Of a stretch of DNA of 64,000 bases, positions 14,822 to 25,159 are shown in pieces. This stretch comes from Bigelowiella natans CCMP2755 (taxonomy: Eukaryota; Protista; Cercozoa). Numbering within the stretch: the first letter of the stretch is position 1; each line of letters starts with the position of its first letter. The stretch is from contig ADNK01003025.1 in the NCBI GenBank assembly GCA_000320545.1, positions 135,750-199,749 of the forward strand, read 5' to 3'. The translations under genes and the position numbers were made by a program. Under the pieces are notes generated by a model. It made no database searches. It was given only the letters and a program-made list of their open reading frames with translations, and was not told where the DNA came from.

Positions 14822-15989
14822 TCATTAGACCCAGTAACGATCATATTTAAATATTTATTTCATTTAATATACTATTATGGGAACATCGACGTAACCCTGG
14901 AATTACCGTCTGGAACGGTGCGTCAAAATTCTTAACACAATTTAGTAATTATCAACAATCTTAACTATCACACTACCCAATCAACCAACGCCCTGCGTCA
15001 CTTGTGGCGTCATCCCAAGAAAAAAGTTGAATTATGCGACGTGTGGGAAGCGTGGAACAGGATGGTGGGATCTCCGCGGCACGGAATCCGTGGTTCTTAC
15101 CATTGAAGTTGTGACACAAGCCCCCCCGCGCACTCAACTACACAATCACGACTCAATTATTTTTCGAGAGACGGCAAGAGCATCTGCACACTATCTTCAT
15201 TTTTCCAAAGTTGCTGCGATGCGAGCGATCACTTCAATTTACATGTGAATCTGCCGTGAAATGTAAAAAATATCCTAACATGGTCAAATAAAATTTGTCA
15301 TCAACAACTATCTACCATGCTCTGCAAATTACGGCAAATGTTGTCACAATGTACACATACATATCTCAAAAGAAAGCAAGCGCGATCCGCACATTGTACA
15401 GCATCGCATTGCATGTGAGAGGCGCTGTCGCGTGCCTTGCGAATTGTTGAGCCTCAGCGCATGCGCTGCACACAACACAATGAAAGAACAACTAATAATG
15501 TCAGTCACATCGCATGCACACTAGCATGGCTGCGCTAGATGGCATCTTGTGCGTAGCATATGTGGTGTAATAAAGCACGGTGTGATCGGTCTAGCTAGCT
15601 AGACCACCAAGCTAGCAAGCTATAATAGCAAGCAGGCATATGTCGCACTCGATCAGACGTGCGTTCGATTCAGTTGTATATGCACATCTAGTTATTAGAC
15701 ATGTGAGAGCGCGCGCATGTAAAAGCATGTCCCAGGCCACTATGCGCTAGGTGCTAGCTAGCTAGGTGAACATGTAATAAGACGGACATGCATGCAATTA
15801 ATTGCAATTGAATTTGTTCAATGCTAGAATGGTCATCCTCATGTAGCTATGCAATGCAGCGGCTGCATGTGCGCATGATGCTTTCACTTTCATTATGGTG
15901 AATCTGTGATTCGCTCAGGGCGGGCAATTAACTGGTGTTGTGTAGTTGTCTCAATGCTCTACACATAGCTCTTGTGCGGTAATGACATC

Positions 15990-16525
15990 TAATCATGGCA
16001 GTGATGTTTCATTGTCCCCACAGGGTCTTCCTAGCTTGGGTGTTTTGTGAATGATGACAATGTCGGGCATCGCTATCCTCTGTAGCTCAAATTCTCAGGT
16101 CATGTAACAGTCTAGTAGCCTTCGCTTGTGCAATCCTTTGTTCTTTTTAGCCACATCATGACCTACCTGTCGCACTGCCTAAGGCAAATGCGCAAGCATG
16201 CATGCATTGCACATGCAAACGTGCATGTCTTACATGCATCTGCTAAAGCTATACTAGAGCACAACTAAACGCCTAGCGCACTGCCTGATGCAAGTACGCG
16301 CTTGGTGGTCATGACCGACCACAATGATTCTTTGTTCAATCCAGCATTTGTCACAGGCTACGTCGATGAAGGCAAGATGATGATGTCCATCGCATTTGTA
16401 GACGTCTGTTTGCATGGTATTGAGGAAACACTTTTGCCTCAATTTTCTTGGAGTGCTTGTTCTTGTCTTTCGGACTCCTTGCGGGATGCGCCGGATCATC
16501 CCTTGAGCGGAGAGCACCTGCAGCC
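15990..16525 (-). pseudogene. Decayed Ty3/gypsy integrase fragment related to the intact element at 62177-63958
   Basis: Translates QTDVYKCDGHHHLAFIDVACDKCW vs intact QIDVYKYDGYHYLTFVDVATGKCW. DNETS motif at ~16002-16016. gcttgtgcaatcctttgttctttttagc matches intact gcttatataagcctttgttcttcttagc. Interrupted by insertions. Confidence 0.85.
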
Positions 16526-16559
16526 CTCACACACTGTGTGCACACTGTTGTGCAACCTG

Positions 16560-16610
16560 CAACATGTCATGTGCTGCTAGCGCATGCACTGCGTTTCCAT
16601 GATCATCTAG

Positions 16611-16642
<32 letters not shown>

Positions 16643-17303
16643 CAGTGTGTGTGTGCGTAGCGTGTATCGCATTGCCATGTCATGTGGCATCTGCTGTTGT
16701 GTGTCCATGCTAGCATGTCTAGATGTGCATGCATGCACGCACACATGGAATGGAGCCATGAAAGCCATGTTCGTGTGTGCGCGTGTGAACATGTGTGCAT
16801 GGTTTACATGCACATGTGTTTTTCATGCCCACACATGCACCAAATGTGCCAATGTGGAGCACACATGTTCTAAAAGCACATGTGAACTACCCAATGAACG
16901 TGTGTGCTAGACGACGCGCGGGCAATGCAAATGGCATGGCCACAGCTAGATGGCTTTGCACAACCAAATCATGTGGACACATGTGTCCATGCACGTGTAC
17001 GCGTAAGGAACACATGTACCCATGCACACCACATGTACCTAAAAAGCACACATGCTCTGTTCACATCCACACATGCACCAAACAAGCCACTACACATGTA
17101 CCCATGGTGCACATGGATGCATGTATGTGCACGTGAGCCCCATCATTTGGCACATGTGTAGCTATGGGCACATGTGAAGTACGCGATGTACACATGTCGT
17201 AGACGGCTACACGTACATGGACATGCATGTCCATGTGAAATGCATCAGGATGATCGACTAACAATGAAAAAATGCAATCATTTCATTGCATCCGTCTCAC
17301 ATT

Positions 17304-17340
<37 letters not shown>

Positions 17341-17520
17341 TAGACTGTGCTGAACACATGCAATGAGATGGCAACAAATTTGCATGGCTATGTTAGGATG
17401 GCCATTGAAAGAATTTAATCGTTTCATCACATCCGTGTCACACATGCAACAAATGCTGATGTGCACAATAGACGTCCATTGAAAACATTAAATCACTTCA
17501 TTACATCCGTCTCACAATGG
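16560..17520. repeat. CA/TG mosaic low-complexity tract with (GT)n/(CA)n runs and a 24-bp motif in three copies (17277, 17418, 17492)
   Basis: Dense CATG/GCAC/GTGT 4-mers. Motif ATCnnTTCATnnCATCCGTsTCAC occurs three times. Confidence 0.75.
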
Positions 17521-17735
17521 ACTTCATGTCTCTCATGTGTGATTTGCTCGATGCAAAATCTGGACAATGCACATGACAATCTGAAATCTGCGCAACTGTC
17601 GTTTGCAGACTGATCAACCTTTAATGTTGCTTCAACAGCTGCCCTTACATGCACAATCGCAAACATGACTAATTGTAAACCAGATAAGATTCATATAGTT
17701 ATAGGTTCAATTTTGCGCCTGCATTCTCCGTCATT

Positions 17736-19407
17736 CTAGATACTTGTGAAAAATTTGTACATCCTGGCCTTCAATCCTGCTTTTTCTTTCTCAAAGTCCT
17801 TTCGTTTGACTTCCAATGCATTTTGCTGTTCTTCCAATTGTCGTTTGAGTGCTTGCAAGTTGTTCTTTTCTTGTTTCAATGCTTGCTTTTCTTTTTTCAA
17901 TGCTTGTTTTTCTTCTTTTAATTTCTCTGTCAATCTAGCCTTTTTTACCTCGATTTCAGCTTCTTTCTTTTTGACTGCTGCCTCTCTTTCTTTCAACCGC
18001 ACTTCCCTCATGAATGCACTGCCGAGTTCTGGTTTCTTTTCATCTGCTCCTAGATGTGCGGGCTGTTGTCTCTGGTGATCCACTTTGAGTGCCTGCCCAT
18101 ACCGAGTTTCACGCTGGTCATGGGTTGCAGCCTCAACATCTTCAGGCTCAGGTCTCATTTCAGACACAAACCCCTCTTCATCACTGCTAGTTTCTCCTTC
18201 AGTTTCTGAATCAAATTCTTCCTTGACATTGTTATTATCTTTTTTCTTGGCTTTTCCATCGTCTGCTTGCACTTCATCATCCATTTCCTTGAGTTCTTCA
18301 ACATCTGCTTGCTTGGCTTCTGCATTGAGTGTATTTGCTTTCAACAAGACCTTTTGATCTTCGCAACAGTCCGTAGAGGGCGGTCCTGTGTACCAGGGAC
18401 ATACGTGCCTTTTGTCAACCCAGTTGTATTCTTTCTCATCCGTTGCGAGAATCCACTTCACACACATTTTGCCTCTCTGTTTTGTTCTCATCATTTTTTC
18501 GGGTATTTCGGAGCGATGGAGAAGCTGGCCAGGCCACCAATCGTGACCAGAAAATTTGAACCAGTTGACATGTCCTTTTTTAGGTTTAAAATTGTTGTTC
18601 TTGCTTTCAATGATGAGTTCCTCGTCCAATTGTGGCTTCTGATTTCCAGCAATGATTCGTCGTCGGATGCGCACACGTTTGTTCGATTCTATGTTTACAC
18701 TCAACTTTCCTTCTTTCAGATAATTTTGGAGCAAATCTGTGATGTCAACATTCCTTTGTCTCTTTGCAAGATCTAACGCATTCTCGACAAGTTTCTTAGG
18801 CGGCTGTTTGAGATGCTGTAGAATTTGTTGAACAATCAAGATGCGGTCGTAATTCGCTTGTGCAATGTGTTCTAGGGGGGTTCGACGATGGTTGTCCTTG
18901 TGATTTAAGTCCGCGTTAGCTTTCATTAGCAAAGAGACCTCTTTGTGGGATGCCAGATAATACATTGGAGTTTTACCGCACTCATCAGCTGCATTTACAT
19001 CTGCTTTGAGCTTCAGGAGCTGTTCTACGTGTTGAACACCAGATTTCACAGCATGGTGGAGGATTGTCCGTCCCTTCAGGTCTGTGTGATTGATGTCAAT
19101 TGGGCAACGCTTTTCCCTGAAAAAGTCTATCACTTTGTTCCAGTCGCGGCAGTGAGCATAATTGAATATCCGCTTTGCGGTTTGATCATCGTTGTCACTT
19201 GGCGGTTTGACACCGGCATCAGTCTTCCTTCTAACTCTCCGACCATTGCCTCTGCGTGGAGTATTTAAACTCTTTTGCGGTAATGTCCCCCTTTTCATTC
19301 TCTTGTGAGAATCTGAGCTGGAAGGAAAAATCGTTGGATTTGCGCAACCTTCATGATGAAAAAAATTAATTCAATTTGCTGTGCTCATGAACAAGTCTTT
19401 GTGTGTT

Positions 19408-19438
<31 letters not shown>

Positions 19439-19477
19439 CTGTCTAGGTGCTCTTGTGATGTGTGAATGCACATGTTT

Positions 19478-19519
<42 letters not shown>

Positions 19520-19793
19520 ACTTCCTCCCCATGCGCACGTGAACACACCGAGATTGTGTGCAGTGTGAAATGTTGATTTTCATGATTTGAGATTCACTTT
19601 GGATTGGGTCGTCACCTTGGAGTCTATGTGAAGCTTCTGGTATTGGCGACTTGTTTTGGCGACTCTGTGGTCCTTGAAATGCAATTCTGTTCTCACTGGT
19701 CCATTTAATCGTCCGATGGGACGACAACCTCAATTTCACCTCAACGACTCCGAACAATTCGTTGTTCTGAGCTTGTTTTGTCATCACCATCAC
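17736..19793 (-). CDS. Ankyrin-repeat + PWWP domain + C-terminal coiled-coil protein. Main exon 19317-17736; probable upstream exon ending at 19549
   Basis: Ankyrin motifs GRTILHHAV, GKTPMYYLA, RRTPLEHIA. PWWP-like WFKFSGHDWWPGQL...YNWVDK. K/E/Q-rich heptads at the C-terminus. Intron 19548-19318 (GTGTGT...CCAG) splices in frame. Confidence 0.8.
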
Positions 19794-20620
19794 TTGATTT
19801 CACCTCAAAATGCAGGTTAATTCATGGTGAAAGACAGATTTTGTGTGAACAAATTCAAATTTTTGCGGTTGAAAACTTGAATTCTGACAACGCTCCCCCC
19901 TCATCACCTCTTTTTTCATGGGAAAAGGCCACCGTGTGGGGCGATCAATGATAGACATAGTAATAGCATGTGTAATGCATATGTGACATTACGTGTCTGT
20001 GATGAGACATGGCAATGGCACATGTGATGTGCACATGACATCACGTGTCTGTGACATCACGGGACAAGCGTGAACAAAGAAAAGCGCGCACACGACTTGT
20101 TGGTCCTTGAGCAGTCGTGTGAGAAGATGAGGGATGGTCTGGCGGGTCTGAGTCAAACATTCCAAAGTGAACGCAAGGCGTTGAAACACCTCTGTGCACG
20201 TGCGTCCATCGTCGGGGAACCAGTTCCCAACCCCGTCGCCAATGTGTGACAGTGAACCCTCTGCTCACATGCGCGCATCGACAAGTTCGTCTTCAAGTTG
20301 CTCCACGTGCGATTCCACGTCAAAAAGATTGATGGAGGTCATTGGTCCGCTCGACGTGCGTCGATGGTGCACGACGTGCCAGCGTGGTGACCGTGTCGGC
20401 AGCAAGCTCCGTCGTTCCACCAGAACACCCGGATTCTCTGCATCATCGGTCAGTTCGTCGTCGTCTGGTGCTTCTTCCGGCACAAGTGTGATCGAGTGAG
20501 CTCGAGGATGGTGTTGTTGCTGTGGTGGGCCAGCCAGCCAGTGGGGTGCAAAACACCATTGCCCACAAGGAAGTCTGCCATCCGAGCAGGTCCTGCTTCG
20601 AACGAGTTCGGAGTGAAGCA

Positions 20621-22450
20621 TGAACAATGAACAATGAACAATGATGACGAACCACGTTTCCAAAACGTTGCAAGACACTTGCAGTGTGCGAAACGCAGTG
20701 CCTCGAACTGGCTTCAGTGAGGACTGTGACCAGCAAATCAACCAGCTGGTTTTTCAAAATGGCATGACTCAGTCATTGTGAAGCAATGACACTGGCGGCA
20801 AAGTTCTGGCGGCGCAAGGCCTCCACTCTGAGCAAAAACTTCCTGAAGGCCATGTCCACACAACGAGAGAGCCCTGATGCACATGATCATGCACGTGCAG
20901 GCTCTCACGTGCAACCGGTGTGCAAACACAAGTGGTCAAGTGCACACGTTCCATGCGGACACGTGCAGTTGACCACGTGTGTCTTGGAGAACTTTGCACG
21001 AGAGAGCCCCAATGCACACAATCACACGCACGTAGGCTCTCACCAACGATCCACGTTTGGATCATCTGAGGGCCCCCCCAGCAAAACTTTGGTTTTGAAA
21101 GAGTCTGGAGCGTCAAAGAATGAAGAGTGGAAGGAAGAAGCTGGGCCCAGAGCTGATCTCGTGCACGAGAGAAGTTTGTTTCTCTCTGCATTCAAGTGAG
21201 TGCAATGATGGATGAGGTGGTTGACACTTTGAACAACTTCAGCATTGCAAAGAGGACAAACCGAGGAAGAGGGGGGCAAATTGTGAACTTTGGCCCTGTG
21301 TTCTTCAGTTTCGCAAGTCCCAGCGCGGAGCTGAAGTTTGATCAACACTCCTGAATTGTCATGCCAATCATCGAGATGACACTCAAACAATCTGGAAGCT
21401 GGCCTTCCAATGTGGCTCTTCGCCCAGGCTCTGAGTTTGCAGATTGGGGCATCGGGTTTGACGCACGAATGAAAGCTGCGACACAAGTTGCCATTGGTGG
21501 ACAGATGAGCCCTGACTCTTCGATTGAGGTCAAGATCAACCAGTTTTGGACAGGTCTGGTCCAAGTTGACCAACACGTCCAAGCCACAGGCAGATGGGCC
21601 ACAGGCAGTGATGCGGAGTGAACACTGGCAAAAGGGAAGTGTCAAGCAAGGAGTCAAGCTAGCAAGTCTGCCCGATCCTGGAGATTTGACTGCTCCGGCT
21701 GAAAAACGAACAGCGGCAGAACCAATCCGCAAGTGCACGCCCCGTGGAAAGCCACCTGTGACAAACCAAACAGCTGCACGGGCTGGTGTGAGTGTCAGAA
21801 GTGCTGGACGATGGTGGAATGATGTGTGGAATGCTTCCGAAGGGGACCTAGTTTCGGATGTGTTGCAGGCCAGAGGCCAGCCATCGAAAGTGAAGAAAAG
21901 CGTGGTGTCGAGAGTGCACAGGGGGGCAGTGAACAACAACACGGGTGCAAGTGGCAACGTGAAGTTTGCTGTGACAAAAGAAGACACATTGCGCAGAACA
22001 ATGAACAATGAACAATGAACAATGATGGCGAACTGCACTTCCAAAGTGTTGCAAGACGTTTGCAGTGTGCGAAGTGCAGTGCCTCGAACTGGCGCAGAAC
22101 GGATGCGAGCTGGTGGAGGAAGAAGCGAGGAGCAAGAACAAACGTGAATCAAGGGCCAAGATGGGCAGATCCACGAAGTGCACAATGCTTGGTGCGATGA
22201 GTCTCATCACCAACACCAAGAGACGCGTGAAGTGCAAAACCCAGTCCAGAACAACCGCCGAGTCTTCTTTGAGAAATCCAGTTCTTGCCACTGTGTGGCC
22301 AAAACTGTGCACGAACCAGAGAATCTGCCAAACGTTGAACCGTCGTTGTTGTTCAACACGGACGCCACTGACTTTCTCTTTGGCATCCAGAGGGTGTCAA
22401 TGAACAATGAACAATGAACAATGATGATGGACCACATTTCCAAAGTGTCC
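20621..22450 (-). repeat. Three copies of a repeat terminus: 20621-20712, ~21997-22093, 22400-22450
   Basis: (TGAACAA)3-TGATG...TTCCAAA..GTTGCAAGAC...CCTCGAACTGGC shared. Probable LINE 3' ends with mutated (TAAATAA)n tails (inference). Confidence 0.75.
21040..21600 (-). pseudogene. Non-LTR retrotransposon ORF2 C-terminal remnant with CCHC zinc finger
   Basis: KLQLRAGT...CPLC...QSVNHLIHHC...AERNKL, typical of the LINE post-RT region. Tyr-free and His/Cys-enriched. Confidence 0.7.
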
Positions 22451-22923
22451 AATTTGGATTGATGAGTCGCACTTGGATCGAATCTGGGCCACTGCGAGTC
22501 GTACTTTTACCAGTTCCATTTCAAAGTGGACTTCAAAGTGAGTTTCATCAGTGCGACAACAGAAACCTGCAAATTTTAAAAAGGAAACGGCCTCTTACAG
22601 TTGCGTATCCAAGCGAACCTTTTACAAGCGACGGAACACGGAGGGGGAGAAAGATTTTCCCAACGCTGAGATCTTCGAATCAATCTTCCTCTGTCCCTTC
22701 TTTTCACATTCATTGGAATATATGAGCAAGCTCTAAGCCTTACGTGCAGTTTCCAGCTCAGTTGTAGTTGTTGGTTTCTTGCTTCAAAGCCCATTCGTTT
22801 CGAGGCGCACTTTCGCCGGTGTGTGCATTCATTTCCAGGCAGTTAAGTGATTCTCTTGGAATACAGCCGAGGCCCACAGCCGACAAGAGTCCAGAGAAGG
22901 AGGGGATTATCTCTTGTCACGTA

Positions 22924-25159
22924 ATGATCTCTCTCAAACCTCTCAGCCCGCCTAATTACGGCTCAGCTAAATTTGGCGCGAACAACGTCAGGCACGAAAA
23001 CAGCAGCACATCTGGCGAGGGTGACCCGGTGGGACCCGCATGCGCGGGCTCCAGATTGCCAGTAATTACAAGGAAAGGCTACAGTGCTGAAGAAGTTGGT
23101 GAGGCGCTAAATGGCATTCACTTCTCGGTGGGGAAGCACGTCGTTCAGCAGGGCGATAGTAGTGGCGAATACGATAGTGTTTCCAACTATAAGAATCATA
23201 ATCTGGAGCATAAGAATCAAAATAAACAAAATGTCGTGGACAAAAATCTTGTGACCGACACCCAAGCAGCTATGCATGGCATCACGCCGTACTCTGACCT
23301 GACAGGGTTCGCAATGTGTATGAACTACATCGTTGGGACGGGCTGTTTCGGCCTGCCCTTCGCCTTCGCAGAGGCTGGCTTGGCGATGAATACCTGCCTT
23401 CTCTTGGGAGGTGGAATACTAGCCATGATCTCCATGAACTACACAATTGAGTTTCTCGCGCGCGCAGAAGCAATTTCCTCTCTCCGGCCCGGCCAAGCAC
23501 CAAATCATCGAATCACATTTCGCCGCTTTGACTTCTTAAAAGTCTCGGGTATATTCGCGGGGCGAACGGGAACCTTGCTAATGCAGATTCCTCTCTTTAT
23601 CAGCGCTCTTGGAACATTGTGGTCCTTCTCGTCGATGTTTTCCTCCTCAACTGCGAACGTCTTTACCACTTACTTCCTCTCGAAGCACTGTAATGTGTAC
23701 AGGTCGTTGTTTCTCTCCTACCCCTCCTTTTCTTCCTCCTTCTTCATGTCGTCATCGTCGTTGTAGTTAGTCATCGTTTATTCCTTCACTGTAATTACAG
23801 TTGGGCATTCATTTTTTAAAAAGAAACAGAATCAAAAAATAAGTGTGTAGGAATTAGTCAGTGCTCTGTTTTGGATGGAGCGAACGAAGCATATAATGCA
23901 AAACGCTCTTTCCCCCTTCCTCTTTTCAACACATATTTTATATTTGATGGCTGTATGATCATTACCTATGATATTAAAAGCGACCCGACAAGCCAGTGCG
24001 TCTCAACCTATCTGCTCTTTATGGGGATCTTCGCCGCTGTAGTAATTTTCCTTGTGTTAATGGACATGTCCGAGCAGGCCACCGTGCAGAAATACCTCAC
24101 TTTATACCGGGTCAAAATTACTTTCACATGCAATGTTGCAATGATGACAGCAAATATTAGAACGAATCTATTTTTGTGCGGAGGATGCTCTTTTTGTGTT
24201 ATCTCTCACCTTTCTCGTGTCGAATCTATTAGCACAGCTAGAAGACAAATGATGGAGAGATTTATTTTCTTTACCGCCTAGTTGTAAACGACGTGCCCTG
24301 AATTCTGTATTAGGTTCTGGCCCTCGGAGCGATGTTTGTGACGTTGGTAGTCAAAGTCAACGAGGATGGTCTTCCTGCAATGGAGCATCGTGCTCGCCTA
24401 ATTGGAGCCTGGAACCTTGGCGAATTCGCCAAGGGCTTTGGACCGTGTATGCTCGCGATCAATTGCCATTACAACATCCCCAACGTTATCCAGCCGCTAC
24501 GCTCAAAAGCTAATGTCCGCGTCGTTCCTCAGTTAGCACTTGGGGTGGCTATAGTACTATACCTCTTCCTGGGGATATTGGGAGCACTGGCCTTCGACAA
24601 TATAAGCCCGATGGTGAGCCTCAACTGGGCAAGCTACACCGCCTGTGGAGGGGGCTGGGACTTGTGCATTGATGACGCTGCCGCCCCCTACTACGCCGGC
24701 GCTCGGAGAATCTATGCGCACACCATTCGGCTTTTCATCGTTCTCTTTCCTGTCTTCAATATCATCTCGACATATCCAATGATTTGCCTCACGCTAGGTG
24801 ATAACATTACACTGGCGGTTCCAGATAGCGTCAAGCGGCGGATAAGTCACACTACAGTGACCGGCATTGCACGAATCTGCTGTGTATTACCTCCAATAGC
24901 ACTCGCTGCAGTGTTTAAGAAGCTTGATGTCATTTTCAGCATCGCAGGTATTTTTGGGTTCACCCTCCAACTGACGATGCCGTGCTACCTCAATCTACTC
25001 ACCATCGACTACTGTGAGGAAACTTACGGGAAAGGGAGCAGTGTAACCCCCTTCTCGCTTGGATTTCTGAGCTGGCGCTGCGTCGTTCAGGCGTTGTTCC
25101 TTTTAAGCTTTGTCATGGTTGGAATTGCTTTCGTGAATGTCCTGCCGCATATCGTGTAA
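22924..25159 (+). CDS. Amino-acid transporter (Aa_trans / TMEM104-like). Exons 22924-23702, 23981-24110, 24314-25159
   Basis: YSDLTGFAMCMNYIVGTGCFGLPFAF motif and multiple TM helices. Two GT-AG introns splice in frame. Start ATG uncertain. Confidence 0.85.

Larger units (their letters stand above)
19992..22501. mobile_element. TpA-free island of decayed, probably nested transposon fragments, including non-LTR (LINE) remnants
   Basis: Only 3 TpA in 2.5 kb by manual scan. Contains three copies of a (TGAACAA)n-tailed terminus, a duplicated 45-bp hairpin element and a LINE ORF2-like C-terminus. Confidence 0.75.

Noticed and set aside
16603-17466. His/Cys-rich short ORFs as metal-binding peptides
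   Set aside because: They are translations of CA/TG low-complexity DNA.
20621-22450. CRISPR-like array
   Set aside because: Only three irregularly spaced, diverged copies, no cas genes, and a eukaryotic context.
20194-22452. Many long overlapping ORFs on both strands (e.g. 21040-22185, 381 aa) as real genes
   Set aside because: Loss of TpA removes TAA/TAG stops, which inflates ORF length. Only the LINE remnant shows recognisable motifs.
19992-22501. Classical RIP or CpG-methylation decay as the cause of the TG/CA excess
   Set aside because: RIP raises TpA and 5mC decay removes CpG. Here TpA is nearly absent, CpG is plentiful, and surviving ancestral states are TA/AT.
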